Source: Lingula anatina | Taxonomy: Eukaryota > Animalia > Brachiopoda | Direction: 5' to 3' | Length of the DNA: 64,000 nt | Assembly (NCBI GenBank): GCA_051362555.1 | Contig: CM120644.1 | Span: 5,898,954-5,962,953, forward strand | The notes under the pieces: generated by a model | The model's database searches: none | Seen by the model: only the letters and a program-made list of their open reading frames with translations | Told to the model about the DNA's origin: nothing | Program-made: the position numbers and the translations under genes | Shown here: one piece after another, positions 22,311 to 36,753 of the stretch | How the letters are laid out: each line of letters starts with the position of its first letter | How positions within the stretch are numbered: position 1 is the stretch's first letter

Positions 22311-23969
22311 ATGGATCTGTCACACCTAAGTCATCAAAGAAAAACCTCCTACGTAACAGGTAATTAAGAAGTTTTACATGTACAGTGCATGGAGAGATGT
22401 AAGGAATTTTCATTTTATCTTGTTTTGTGCTTTCTATTTTTGTATTTTTTATTTAGTCTTATTCCTTAATGACTTAACTGTCTTCTTTTACATGTTGCCA
22501 TCATGGTGTTCATTTTTAATTGATGTCGCTTGCTTTTTAATTTTACTCATTCATAATTCCTGTTTATTATTCAGCTCCTAAATGAGTAAGTTCGATAATG
22601 TATGTGATGACGGGTACATATTATCAGTATATGGAACAAAATTCAGCAAATGAAGGCTTACTCAACGCACTGTTCTACTCCTTTTCAGGATTAACACTCC
22701 TGCTAACAGCCGTATGGAGTGCACAAGACGTCCATGGCCACGCATTCAGAACATGTAGTGGCAAATTGTTTAAGAACCTAAAGCTAGACTCGTCCCACGT
22801 TCTGTTCACGGCACCAGCGCGGTCTATGGCGGAATGTACACAGAAGTGCCTTGATGAAGAAGATTGTATGTCCGTGCAGTTTTGCCACGATGGCGGGAAG
22901 AAAATGTGTTCTCTGAATAGTCTCACTAGTAATTCCGTGGCCACCATGACGGAAGATACTGCCTGTAGTTTCACTGACTGCGTGAAGGAAGAGGTAATGT
23001 TTGTGATATTCGGAAATACATTTTGATCTGTTTTAATTTTATTGTTCAGATGCATGAGTGCATGATTGTATGCTCGTATATATATATATTGTCTGTTTGT
23101 TTCAAGGTTAAAAAATCTAAAAAAAAAAACACTCTGAATCCTCACTTTCAAATAATGTAAGAACAATTTTGCAACCAATTTCTAAGTTATTGAGAAATTA
23201 TTTTGTGGTACTTAAAATGGCAAGTAATAAAAACGTTATTTTTTATCCCAAATTTTAGCTGATTAATATTAGGATTAAATAGATTATCAAAGTTAAATAA
23301 TTTTTCTAAATGTGGATACAGGAAATTTTATCCTCGTAATGCATTACTTTGCTTCTTGAAACAGTTTTTTTAAACGAATTGAGAGTTGCGGTGCTGATGG
23401 TTGTTGGGGGTGGGGGTGGGGGGTGGGGGTGGGGGGTTGTCCTGGTGTCTTCTACTGGTATTCAGCGACAAGGTTTGACTTATTGCCACAGATCATCGCA
23501 TCCAAAGTAAACATTCACTGAAATCAGTACGTGTGATAATTATGTTTAGTTTAGTTGTACACAATTTTAATATGTTATACTTTAATTTGTCCATCTTCTC
23601 TTTGTCTGTGCATTTTTTCTTTAACTGTTGAATTATTGATGTTATTCGTGTTGTACAGCATACATGCTTGCATTAAAACATTAAACTCAGTTTTTCATAA
23701 TATATATCATAAACTGTTTGTCAGCCTCAACTTTTCCCTTGTATCATCCCAAGTCCAGCCACACTGTTCAAGAGAACAACAAACACAGTTGCTTTACTTT
23801 ACAGGTGTGCGTGGCACATGGAAAATGTGAGAACGGAGGCACCTGCGTGAAAACGATTCCTGATCCCGAAATCTTCCCCGAAGCCGACCCAGCCTACCCG
23901 ACCTTCTCCTGTGACTGTGCCAGCGGCTACGCCGGCACTCGCTGCGAAGTTGTAATACCCCAGGGCTGA
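22311..23969 (+). CDS. Small secreted PAN/apple + EGF-like domain protein (~172 aa, 3 exons)
   Basis: Exons 22311-22359, 22689-22993 and 23805-23969, all GT-AG, phases 1 and 0, total 519 nt. Signal-like GLTLLLTAVWSA, PAN pattern (SMAECTQKCLDEEDCMSVQF...CSLN), EGF pattern (CVAHGKCENGGTC...FSCDCASGYAGTRCE). Confidence 0.8.
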
Positions 23970-25188
23970 TGAAGTGGACGGAGCGGCGGACTTCTCCTGA
24001 AATGAGAACTAAATTAAAACTGAAACATGCAACGATGGAGAATTTAAGACGTGTCTGCTGGATGGATTTCTTTCTTTTTATTTTCTTTTTCAACCGCTCC
24101 CTTATATAAATCAGCCTTGATTTGTTTGCTGCAGAAACTAGTGATGATTAAATAAATTGAGGAAGAGTCGAATGTATCGCCTGAATTAGGTTAGGATTTT
24201 TCGGAAAATTCCAATGCTTAGTTTTTAGAAGCTTTATGATGAGAACTAGACTGCTGCCTGACGTGAAATTTCAGTGGAAGTATCACGTAGTCAAATAAAC
24301 ATTTCAACATTAGATTTTTGTAATTTATAACAATTGACGGAGTCATTATTTATAAAATGGCTTATAAATAAAAATGCACAGTATCTAGAAGCGATGCAAC
24401 TTTCGAAGACTACCTTGCTGCATACATTTAAGTGGAAAGATCGAAAACGAAATAAGCTGTCATTCTTAGACTTCTTTTCCTACATGTAGAAAACGATGGT
24501 TTTGAATGAACATAATAAGTGCATGCACACTCGAAAAATATCGACCTTGGATAAAATCGAAGCTCAGACGCAGTTGATAGTTCAGTTACAAACTTATTGG
24601 AGAAATTGCCAATTGATTGGTTTTGTATTTCCTGTTTATCGACATCCGATCACTGAACAAACCTCAATGATCAATGATTATTGAAATATAATGTTATTGA
24701 TATCAGGTATCGATACGATATATTGATACTCTTAAAAGTCACAAATTGAGCACAATGGAATCAAACTTTGCAATGCACAAGGTATTACGTAACGCATTGT
24801 AAAATGCACAGGTACAAATTTGCTAAAATAATTGCCTCACGTACAGCAGCGATGGGGTTGAGCTCATATTTAACGATGGTTTATATAATTGAATTGTTTA
24901 TCATATCATTTTATGATGGTGGCTGGACTATGGGCCATTTTACTCTTCCAACGTCTAGTCTACAAGAAGATTGGGATGAGAGAAGTGACCTTTTAACTAA
25001 CACTATAGCATGAAATTATGCCGCCGGCAAAAACTCATCTGCATGGATATATAAAATATTCTTTTTGACCCAGTAATACATTTCAAAACCCAAATGCTGA
25101 CCAGAAAGCTGTCGTATTTAATTGTAACTCATGGAAGCAGGATAATTTTTACTAAAACGTGACCTTGGAACATCGTAAATTCAACTTA

Positions 25189-25490
25189 GACCGCATTCAC
25201 ATCGAGTTGAGCCATGGATCTACAAAGTCACGAACTAAATATGGCGGACGCGCATGAAACGAAAACCGCTTAATCTTTTAATTGTCTCTCCGCCTCTCAC
25301 ACGCCTCCCCATGTGTCGTCCCAATGGAGCCGAGATTAAATGACTGTACCCCCGCAGGGACGATGCGTGGGGAGACGTGTGAGAGGCGGAGAGACTATTA
25401 AAAGATTAGGCGGTTTTCCTTTCATGTACGTCCGCCATATTTAGTTCGTGACTTTTTAGATCCATGGCTCAACTCGATGTGAATGCGGTC
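25189..25490. mobile_element. 302-bp palindromic MITE with TTA TSD (PIF/Harbinger-like)
   Basis: TTA|GACCGCATTCACATCGAGTTGAGCCATGGATCTA...TAGATCCATGGCTCAACTCGATGTGAATGCGGTC|TTA. Self-complementary over most of its length. Confidence 0.88.
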
Positions 25491-25792
25491 TTATATATAG
25501 CAATATTGAACGTTATGGAAAAGTGTGGTCGGAAACGACTTGTTACTGCAAAAAGTGCACTAGAGAAGACAAATCAATCAATAGCACGCATTTTTTTCGA
25601 ATTACGCGGGTTTTGATGGAACGTGCACGCATTTTTATACTTACAGGAAATAAGTAGATAAAACAAGTTTGCTTTAGCGATTTTTGTTCATTTTTGTGTT
25701 TCCTGCCTGTCCAGAAGTAAACTTTTTATTCATATTTATACAAACAGATTGTGGTTAAATTTGATCACATAAGTTGCAAAGTTTGATTATAT

Positions 25793-26064
25793 GTTTACCT
25801 CCGCCAAGGAGGTTATGTTTTCACGCCTGTTTGTTTGTTTGTATGTCCGTCTATCCGTCTGTCTGTCTGTCATCAACATAACTCAGAATGTCATGGACCG
25901 ATTTTGATGGAATTTTCAGGAACTGGCAGAGTGGATCAAGGAACAGATGATTAGTTTTTGGTGGTGATCCGGATCAATAATCAATCAATAATCAATAATA
26001 ATAATAATAATAATAAAAATTGATGCCTTAGCGGACGTCTGCGCTCTCGGAGTGCTTTTTTAGT
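25793..26064 (+). mobile_element. Short Helentron-associated (HINE-like) element
   Basis: TTTACCTCCGCCAAGGAGGTTATGTTTTC, then a (GTTT)/(GTCT)/(GTCC) microsatellite, then CCTTAGCGGACGT (inverted sub-terminal repeat), GCGCTCTCGGAGTGC (stem-loop) and TTTTTTAGT. Confidence 0.65.
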
Positions 26065-26658
26065 CCTCAGTCTATCTCTTTGCTTCTTTACACAGCAGGC
26101 TACGTGTGCAGTGTAATAAGATTTTTCATCTGAGTTGAGCTACTTAAAATGGAATTATTTATTCCTATAAGAAGACGCTGCATATTTCGCTAGTATCACT
26201 ACTCGAATGAAGTGTGGGTGATTAATAAAACAGCAATACTGTACAGCATTTTGCCGCAAGTGCCGCACACTGCACAGGTAATTTTCCATTTAAAGTTTTT
26301 TCTAATTTGTTAAATTCCATGATTACATTTGTCTAAATTCAATCATTGAATTTCATTAACAAGTACATTGTCAGTCTTTGTACATATGCAAGTGTAGATG
26401 TAGGTGTATGTCGAAATTCATGTTTATGTGTGCATATGGAGATGTTTAGCTTTGCAGGAGAAATAAAACATGCAGAGCATAGAAATGTAACATTGGGAAA
26501 TGTTTTAACGCCTGCAGTGTAACTTTAAGCATAAGGTGTTAAGAAGTCTCTTTCGGTGCTTTGCTATATTATAAAAAGGACCAAATAAAGAGTGGTTAGT
26601 TATAGGAGAGGGCCGCTTTGTGTTTATGATTCATCTGTTTTATTACTTACATTTAAAA

Positions 26659-26766
<108 letters not shown>

Positions 26767-27671
26767 GATTGAATACAGTTTAGAAACTTGGGTCCATAAG
26801 CACTTGGAATGTTGTTTCTTAAGGTTTTACAGCATGGATGATTTTTAGAAGATTATACGTTGCGCCTTTATCACAACGACTGAACGGTCTGAATACATGA
26901 AGTGGAACTCTATATTCGCTAATTAGAAAGTACCTGTATAATGCATATACAGACCTGACATTAAATATTGAATATTTAATATTGAACTCTAAAAGCCAAG
27001 TGATAATATTAAATTAGGTGAGTCTTGCCTCATCTGACCGCTACCAGGGCTCTCAAACGGCAAGCAATTCATTTTGACAGGTTTCTTAGAGTCTGATCTG
27101 GAATATCATTCCAAGTATGGGTCAGAATTTGTCCAGTTTGTGCAGGTTTGTTGTAGGACCAGTACGTCGTTGATTCGGTGAGTGGTTATTACCCGCAGAT
27201 TGTCTGTATAATTTTAATCTGGTAATTTTGATGGCTGCGACAGCTGTTCAGACCATTGGTTCTGCATGCAATCTGCAAATACAGGTTTTCTGTGTGGTCG
27301 GGCATTTTCATCTTTGTAAAATTAAATTATTTCTGAGGTGCCTTCTTACAAATGGTGGGCAGGTGTTTTCCAAAATATTTCTATATTTGAATGATGTGAA
27401 TTTTTCTTCAGTCAACAGCTAATATTGAGATAGGTTTTACCTCCAATATTTTATATTTGGCGTGATTCAGATTTACATCGACGACTTCAATTGGTGTTTT
27501 GGCTCCAATGAATTCGTTTTCCCTCCTCCCGTCACTCTAGGAGCGACACAAGTCTTGAGGCCTCTTCAGGAACTCTGTGAATACTTACTTGATCACCTTC
27601 AGGCCTACCCAACTACCAGACTCGGCACCGAATGATCCTGAATTCACCGGTAGATCGGACCACACTACCCG

Positions 27672-27842
27672 TTTCAAGGTGTGAGTCAGTACGCATTTCA
27701 CAGTATCATACCCCGAACAGATTTTGAGTGGTGATGCAATGCTTTTCAACGCCGCTGAGAATCGTCACTATCACATCGCGTACTAGGCAAGAGCGGTGTC
27801 GCGTCTGATACTGTGAAATGCGTACTGATACACACCTTGAAA
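27672..27842. mobile_element. ~170-bp MITE
   Basis: TTTCAAGGTGTGAGTCAGTACGCATTTCACAGTATCA is inverted at TGATACTGTGAAATGCGTACTGATACACACCTTGAAA. Confidence 0.75.
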
Positions 27843-29951
27843 ATGACCCTAGGAATGCGTGAATGACTGCTACACTTATATATTTTTTTCATAGCAGGAT
27901 GCACAGTGATTGCAATTTCCTTTGTTTGAGTGTAGCTTATTGGAATGAAATTATTTACTCCTAGGGGGGAACACTGTATATTGCGCTGGTAGCGTTATTT
28001 GTACGTACTGTGGGTAATCGTGTAATAATGATGCACCATTTCCAGGCAATTTCTACTTTTGGTTTTCATAATTTGTTTGATGGTATAGTTGAAATGAGAT
28101 GGATATTAAGGGATGTGTGGCTTATTACATGTAGGTCTGCACCATAGTCACATTTGTTTTTTAATGTTTGTTGTTTTTTTTAATTAAAATAACACCAGTG
28201 AACTCCATGATGATGGTTGCTTAGGAGTGTACACTGTATATGTTAATAAAAATAAACAAACCTATTTTAAATATATTTTCACCATTATCATTACAAGACT
28301 ATTTAAATCAAATTGTCTTGGGAATTGAATGTTTCCGTGCGCAGTGAAGTAACGTAGCTACTGCACATGAATTTGAATAATAGCAAGAATTATATCTACA
28401 CAATGTGACCCCCATAGTCTAAGCAGTTTGGTTACATGCATTATTCTGTTGAGGCGAGAAAACTGAACTTGCTGTTACAATCTGGCTAGCTTAGGTGAGT
28501 TTTAAGCAAATGTATCTCAAATGTTATCTTTTACAATTAATGACAGCTGATGGGTAGGCATCCTCTACGACCCAATGGGTATCAACAAAAATACCGAGTG
28601 GTAATAGGGTAGGCGAGTCTTGGCATGTCGGCTACTTGGCATGTAAATTAAGACACTCAAAATAATACGAGCAAGGAGTAACTACATTTATTGCCTTATT
28701 TTAGTCTCAAACATGCACATAAAACACGGCACGTGTATTGAACTTGTACTGTATTTATTTATTTATTTATTTGTATTGTATTGTACTTGTATTGTACTGA
28801 ATGCCCCGATTTTTGTATACATCGTTGAAAGACTCACTAAATATCATTTAAAGCGGGACATCCATGCGCCTAGCACCTTGACCACACTTTATGGGCGCAT
28901 GTGACACAACCAAAGCCAAGATATGTGGTTAATAGTATGTCACCTTATTTTCAGTGCACTCCTTGACTTTACCTGAGATAAAAATTAAAATGCCACTTAA
29001 TGTACGGTACTTAGGGTAAAAATAAAAGTAGTATACTTAGGGTTCACCCGCCCCGCCCCGCCCCGCCCCGCCCCGCACCCCCTCCCCCCAAACACCACCC
29101 AAAGAGAATCATATCATATTATTTATAAATCAATTTTGGTATCCTTATCTGTTTTGATTGAAAAATGTTGCAAAAAGCTGGGCCAGTAACTGTAACTATC
29201 TTACTTTGAACTCCTATTGTTTCCTGAGTATTCGATGGGTTGGTTATAGATTGGGACCACAGAGCGATGTCTAGTACTGTAAATAACATCGTTTTATAGT
29301 CATGTTAATATTAATGCATTGCTGCCCGGGCGAGTGGTGTCAATTTATTAAACTCCAAATAAGTATTCTTTAATCACGGCTTACATTTTTACGTTAAATA
29401 ATGGAAGTAAATTATTCCATTGATGCATATGTAATGCTTACAATTTATGGTGTGAAGGATGCGAAGTTCACAGCAAGAATGCCTTAGTTGTTGTTCAGTG
29501 ATAAAAAAATAGACAGCGTTACCTGAGCAAGGGAAACAACAATACGTGCTAGGCTGGGGTTATTTAAAATAAAAAAGAAATTATGCTTGTTACAATTACA
29601 AATAAAATTTGTATCTAAAAATACAGCAGCTTGGGGTAACTGACTTTCGTGTGTGTTCGGTCGCACTCAAAACAAGGTGAAAAATTCTTCTGGAAGCCGA
29701 GGCCACACGAAATTAACCCCCGTTCGAGGATGATTATCATTCAGTTAATCTTATTGCATTCAACGAGAGTCCATGAGGAGTTGGAACGATCTAAGAAGAA
29801 CGATATTTTCATTGGGAACGCGCCTGTGTCTAAGCTTTTAGAACAATGTTCGGACTATTCCGTAGTACATGAACGTGACAGCCTGCTACTAATTATAATT
29901 TTATATATAGGTTGTGACTATTTATTATTTCCAGTGACACGACATTTGAAG

Positions 29952-31740
29952 ATGACACAAAAGTTAAGAACAAACCAGTTAGTCGGATTTGTAGTAAGTA
30001 TAATCGTACTGCTACTGATTGTGAGCTACGCCTTACAGCAAAGAAACACTGTATTGGTTGAGGAACAGTTCGATACAAGGAACGTTCAGGTAAAACTGTT
30101 TAAGGAATGATGCATCTTGCTGCCATATTTCATTTGAGCTATAGCTTTTGCTTCAAATTTCAAATAAATAAAAACACGCTTCTCGATCTAGCTAAAAAAA
30201 TAAATAACAAATATGCAAATTTAGTAATTGCCCTTTTCAAAGGGACGAAACAACACATGAAGACATACCTGTACGTAAAAATAAGTAAATACAGTTAACG
30301 AAAAATAGAACTGAGAGAAAGAAATACAGTGACATTTCAAGGATTGCTCAGACAGTTATCCTGTTGCTGCATTAGGATAAGTATCGGTGATCATTGGAAT
30401 AGGGTTGAACCTGTATGTGGAATAATTTTGCTTTTTGCATTTTCTTTGGATGGAATAATTTTGCATTTTCTATTTCGTTCAGGTACACCAATACAACAGA
30501 GCCAGACAGGATCGATTGACCGATGGTAATTTTCAAATGATTTTGTGACAAAATTGAATCACCATCACATAAGCATAAAACTGCATTCTGTTGATGATTT
30601 AAAAGGGGGAGCAGAAGACGTTCGTTCCATAAAATCAACTTTTTCAAAGCACAGAAAAAAATCTAAATAACATCCTAGAAGAGTTCACAAGAAAAATAGA
30701 TAAATAAATAAAATAATAATAAATAAAATCAGTACAGTGACATTGCCGACTCGAAATATATAGAGTACATTACCAGGCAGATGCATTAGTTCTCAACAGG
30801 AAGAAGATGTAATTAACATGAAGTTACATACGTTTTGCTCCCGTTTTCAGCACTGGCAAAGATGGCTCACGCCGGGGAGGATATAGACAGAGTGCATTCC
30901 TTTCCACTCTGTGGTCAAATTTGCAATTTTTCCATGCACAAGAGAAAAGAAGACCCTTTCTTGAGAAAAGACTTTAACTGTAAGGATATGTTTCTCAGAT
31001 TGAAGAATCCGCCCGGGAAAGTTTTCAAGCCGCCCCTGAAGAAGCCACCTCCAGAGCTGCTTTTGGATTTCACACAGAATGGCGGTATGAATTTGAGTTC
31101 TATGTACTTTGATGGCTCACGTCAGGGTCCAAAGGTAACATTTACTCCAAAACAAATCAAAACTCTTCTAACTAATGATAAAGATAAAAACATTGGTTCA
31201 TATGGAGCAGAGAGCAATGGCTTCAAACAGGTTCTCTACAGATACAAAGATCAATTAAAAGAAAAGACAGGGATTGTCATCGGAAGTCAAAGTCCTTGGC
31301 TGGAAGTCATGCTATTAAATCTTGGCGTGAAACACGTGACAACTGTTGATTACAACGCTGTTTTCTTCGACCACCCACAGCTGTCTTTCGAGTTTATGTC
31401 AGATTTAGCGGATAAAATCACCAAGAACCAATCGCTCCTAATGGATTTTGCTGCTTCGTTTTCTTCTTTGGAACACTCTGGCCTTGGTCGCTATGGAGAC
31501 CCCATCAATCCACACGGTGACCTGGAGGCAGCAGCTCAAATATGGTGCATGCTTAAGCCTGGTGCGTTGTTTTATCTGGGTATACCAGTCAATTTTGGCA
31601 CCTCGGAGGGCTCTTTGGTATTTAACGCACACCGTATATATGGAGAAGCTCGGATTGAACAGATCACTGCAAATTATGAGATACTTGAACGCAAGCCGGT
31701 TGGAATGCATGGTGTCTTAGTCTTGAAAAAGACGCTCTGA
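29952..31740 (+). CDS. DUF268-family methyltransferase-like type II membrane protein, copy 1 (3 exons)
   Basis: Exon 29952-30089 (MTQKLRTNQLVGFVVSIIVLLLIVSYAL, signal anchor), exon 30483-30525, exon 30851-31740, all GT-AG and in frame. Motifs GIVIGSQSPWLE, VTTVDY, SFSSLEHSGLGRYGDPINP.GD, CMLKPG and FNAHRIYG are characteristic of DUF268. Confidence 0.85.
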
Positions 31741-33438
31741 TAAAAATAATTTAATAATAATCAAGTAATGGACGAATAAGTGGGTCTACCTAACCCAGGG
31801 GTACAGAAGGAGATGTTTTGGAATATGTCTTAATTTCTGAATTGTCATTTAAGTACATGTACGCTATAATGAAGACATTAAAGTCCGTAAAACGGTTTAA
31901 ATAGATTGGAAATAATAAATCGGCTCGTGTTTGTCCCATAATTTGTTTTATATAGCATCTTGAATCTGTGTTTATCTTTAAAGCAGGTTGAATGGTGTAA
32001 TGTAATTTTACTCGTTTGAATTGAGGTTATTAAAGTGGGAGTATCTCCTCATAGCTGCAGACCGTGTTTGTTGCAGTAGTATCGCTATTTGTATAAATTG
32101 TGGTTTATTATCAGAGTATGTGCCCTACTGATTATGCTATCATACAGCATTCCACCATTTCGCGCCACACAGTATACACGTGAATAGTTATTTTCAATAT
32201 ATAATAAGCACAAAACGGTTTTATAGGCCTATCTACGAATTCAAGGTCTGATAGAAGTTACGTTACTTTCCTCCACATGCATGTTAGTCTGTAAAAAAAG
32301 CTTCAGACGACTTCAGCTGAATTGTCTGACACGCCCATCATATCTTTTAAGCTGTACTTTGTTTAAGTCGGGAAAACTTCGTGGTCCATGATGTTGTTCG
32401 TGTTGCTTTGCGAAGGGGCGTGTCAAACAATTAGGCTGATTATACTGACTGCGCCTTTAACCGGGAATCCCCGACGAGATATTGTAGATCGATCCTGCTA
32501 GTACGATAACTTCTATTCTGAACACAGCCTTAGACACCCGCATGCATCTGTGCACTTATATTTTTTATTCAGTGCAGTAATTTAATTGAAGGCCCTCGAA
32601 GTTTCGGAAAGGATTATTTATGTATACTTCTCTCAAGCTGTTGTCAGCTTCATCTCTTCTCCAGAAATACTCAGTCATAATAGCAGTCATATTAAAGGGA
32701 TGGTAACTGTTCGTTTTGACAAAAAATGAATTTTCCAAGAGTAAACAACAATTTTCCTATACTTACCAATGGTAAATAAATCCATTTCTACATTTAAAGT
32801 TAGTCCCTGTTTTTATTTTTCTAAAAAGTTTGGTTTTATGTTATAATCTCTTAAGAGTTTATTACAGAGCATAGCCATCTATGGAGGTCACGTGGTCTGA
32901 TGACAAACTCAGACATCAGAATAATAGCTATAACTGCCGTTTTTGTGGTAAAACAGAATATAATATATTTCTGTGCATTGTTTACAATGTTTTTAATGTG
33001 AAATATAGATCTCATCGAAGAGTTATTATCCCTTTAAGGGACATGTGTCTACGAGCGCTTGTGTCTTCCACGTACCGCAATTATCTACTGTAGGGGGCGC
33101 AACATGCCTTCAACGAGGTAAAAAATTCTGCTTTGTGGAATATTGCCCCATTTCCCTAATAAGTTTTGCGGTATTGGTCCATATTAATAAGTGGTGAATA
33201 TTTTCTACGTCTCTTACCCTAGATCACGAATCAGGTGCTCCATAGCGTGGTGTCAGAGCTCAAAGAAGGCCGTTCCATCCTCAGCACAGTTTCTTTCTGT
33301 TAAAAAAACCACTGCGTTCCGTTATTATGAATATTTCACAAGGAACGCAGTAGCACATGTATGTGAAAGCCTGCTACTAATTATAATTTTATAATAGGTT
33401 GTGACTATTTATTATTTCCAGTGACACGACATTTGAAG

Positions 33439-35253
33439 ATGACACAAAGATTAAGAACAAACCGGTTAGTAGGATTTGTAGTAAGTATAATCGTACTGCT
33501 ACTGATTCTGCGCTATGCCTTACAGCAAAGAAACACTGTATTGGTTGAGGAACAGTTCGATACAAGGAACGCTCAGGTAAAACTGTTTAGGGTATGATGC
33601 ATCTTGCTGCCATATTTCATTTGAGCTATAGTTTTTGCTTCGAATTTCAAATGAATAAAAACGTGCTTCTCGGTCAAACTAAAAAAAAAAATAATAAAAT
33701 AAAAATATGCAAAATATTTTAGTAATTGCACTGTTCAAAGGGACGAAACTACACATGAACCCATACCTGTATGTAAAAAATAAGTAAATGCAGTTAACGA
33801 AAAATAGAACTGAGAGAAGGAAAGAGAGTGAACCTGTTCGGACAATTATCCTGTTACTGCAATGAGATAAGTAAGATATATATATATAAGGTGATTATTG
33901 CAATAGGGTTGAAATTGTACGTGGAATATTTTAGCATTTTGCATTTTCTGTGGATGGATTGGTTTTGCATTTTCTATTTCGTTAAGGTACACCAATACAG
34001 CAAAGCCAGACAGGATCAATTGACCGATGGTATTTATCAAATCATTTTGTGGAAAAATTGAATCACCATCACATAAGCATAAAGTCGCATTCTGTTGATA
34101 AACTGAACGGGTAGCAGAAGACGCTCATTCCATAAAATCAACTTTTTCAGAGCACAGAAAAATCTAATCAACATCCTAGAAGAGTTCACATAAATAAATA
34201 AATAAATAAATAAATAAAATAATAAAAAAAGTATAAACAGTATAAATCAGTATATTGACATTGGTGACTCGAAATATATGCAGTACATTACCAGATGGAT
34301 AAGTCCTCCACAGAATGAAGATATAATTCACATGAAGTAACATACATTTTTTCCCGTGTTTAGAACTGACAACGATGAATTACACCGGGGAGAATGTAGA
34401 AAGAGTGCATTCCCTCCCACCCTGCGGTCAAATTTGCAATTTTTCCATGCACAAGAGAAAAGAAGATCCTTTCTTGAGAAAAGACTTCAACTGTAAGGAT
34501 ACATTTCTCAGATTGAAGAATCCGCCAGGTAAAGTCTTCAAACCACCCCTGAAAGAGCCGCCACCAGAGCTGTTTCTGGATTTCACACAGAATGGCGGTT
34601 TGAATTTGAGTTCTTTCTACTATGATGACTCACGTCAGGGTCGAAAGGTAACATTTACTCCAAAACAAATTAAAACTCTTCTAACCAAAGATAAAGATGA
34701 AAATATTGGCTCATATGGAGCAGAGAGCAATGGCTTCAAACAGGTTCTCTACAGATACAAAGATCAATTAAAAGAAAAGACAGGGATTGTCATCGGAAGT
34801 CAAAGTCCTTGGCTGGAAGTCATGCTATTAAATCTTGGCGTGAAACACGTGACAACTGTTGATTACAATCCAGTTTTCTTTAACCACCCACAGCTGTCTT
34901 TCGAGTTGATGTCAGATTTAGCGGATAAAATCACCAAGAACCAATCGCTCCTAATGGATTTTGCTGCTTCGTTTTCTTCTTTGATACATTCTGGCCTTGG
35001 TCGCTATGGGGACCCCATCAATCCACACGGTGACCTGGAGGCAGCAGCTCAAATATGGTGCATGCTTAAGCCCGGTGCGTTGTTTTAGCTTGGTATACCA
35101 GTCAGCTTTGGCACTCCGGAGGGCTCTTTGGTATTCAACGCACATCGTATATATGGAGAAGCCCGAATTGAACAGATCACTGCAAATTACGAGATACTCG
35201 AACGCACGAGGGTTGGAGTGCATGGCGTCTTAGTCTTGAAAAAGGCGCTCTGA
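33439..35253 (+). pseudogene. DUF268 copy 2, probable pseudogene or null allele
   Basis: Exons 33439-33576, 33987-34029 and 34364-35253. Premature TAG at 35086-35088 (TAT in copy 1). SSLEHSG is changed to SSLIHSG. The frame stays open to the homologous TGA at 35251-35253. Confidence 0.78.
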
Positions 35254-35845
35254 TAAAAAAGATAATAATAATCAAGTAATGGAAGAATAAGTGGGTCCAC
35301 CTAACCCAGGGGTACAGAAGGAGATCATTTATTTATTTCTGAATTGTCATTTAAATACATGGACGCTATAATGAAGACATTAAAGTCCGTAAAACGGTTT
35401 GAATAGATGGGAAATAATAAATCGGCTCGTGTTTGTCCCATGATTTGTTTTATATAGTATCTTGAATCTGTGTTTATCTTTAAAGCAGGTTGAATGGTGT
35501 TATGTGATTTTACTCGTTTGAACAGAGGTTATTAAAGTTCGAGTACCTTTTTACAGCGGCAGACCCTGTATATATTGCAGTAGTAGTGCTATTTGTATAA
35601 ATTGAGGTTATTAAAGTTGGAGTATCTTCTCATAGCTGCAGACCGTGTATGTTGCAGCAGTATCATACAGTATTACAACATTTCGTGCTACACAGTATAC
35701 AAGTGGATAGTTATTTTCAATATATATAATAAGCACAAAACGGTTTTATAGGAATATCTACGAATTCAAGTCTGATAGAAGTTACGTTACTTTCCTCCAC
35801 ATGCATATTAGCCTGTAAAAAAGTTTCAGACGTCTTCAGCTGAAT

Positions 35846-36718
35846 AAGGTCGCGCGATAAGTTTATTTTCAGTTGCACCCTGGATTACGCACGCTTGCTC
35901 CGCAAGGTGTCGCCTGTGGTGGTGGGGCAGCACAGCCCATATGGATACTGTGGCGAAGGCGACAGGTACTTCCAAACATTTTTCATAACTGTCATTATTC
36001 CTCATTCTATTCACAAATTTGATATTTACGGCAATGGAAAATGTGGCACTGGCAAAAGTGGGTCTTGGTGCGTTGACAGACCGCACAGGTGTCCCCTTTA
36101 ACCACCGCCAGAGAAAAGACCCCAAGCATTAAACAACACAACCTGTAGATATTGGGAATTTGGCGAAAGTTAAGCAACTGAGGCTTTTTTAGATTTGGGC
36201 AGAAATCGAGAGGAATGTACAGTGCCAAACCCTTAAGTTTAAGTCTTTGTCCTTGACACCAGTAACGCACCCCTTAGTCAAGAATCCGAACAAATCAATG
36301 TTGGGCAGGTATGCTATATTTTCTACAGGCGTTTTGTGATTTTATCAACTTGATTGTCAAGTGCCAGACCTTTTGTTCCCAGGTACATGTACTAGTAGCG
36401 AACTTTATCAGATAACAATCTGACACTAACCATGCTGCACTAACAGCGCTGTAAACCCAGTTATCAATGCTGTCATCTTTACCTGTATCTTTACCGGTAT
36501 TATGCCAGTGGTACGTTTGCTACACTTGAGTAAGGAAATATGCTTTGACGCTTATATTTATTTGTAATACGTTAGCATCAACCTGTTAATAAAACTTGGA
36601 AACTTTCAATGTTATAACACAATAACAGTATAATGATGGGAGATGTTATGATTAAATGCTTAGAAGAAATAATAAAAACAGATTATGTGAAATATAAAAT
36701 GAATTGAATTTATTTGGG

Positions 36719-36753
<35 letters not shown>

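Noticed and set aside
27000-27670. Possible retroelement remnant (moderately GC-rich, coding-like on the minus strand)
   Set aside because: I found no recognisable motif or termini to support a call.
29649-29951. Long N-terminal extension of the 153-aa ORF before DUF268 copy 1
   Set aside because: It starts at GTG and is not kept in frame in copy 2. The conserved start is ATG 29952.
35086-35088. Programmed readthrough or recoding at the in-frame TAG
   Set aside because: The paralog has an ordinary Tyr codon here, and copy 2 also has a mutated conserved motif. Simple decay is more parsimonious.
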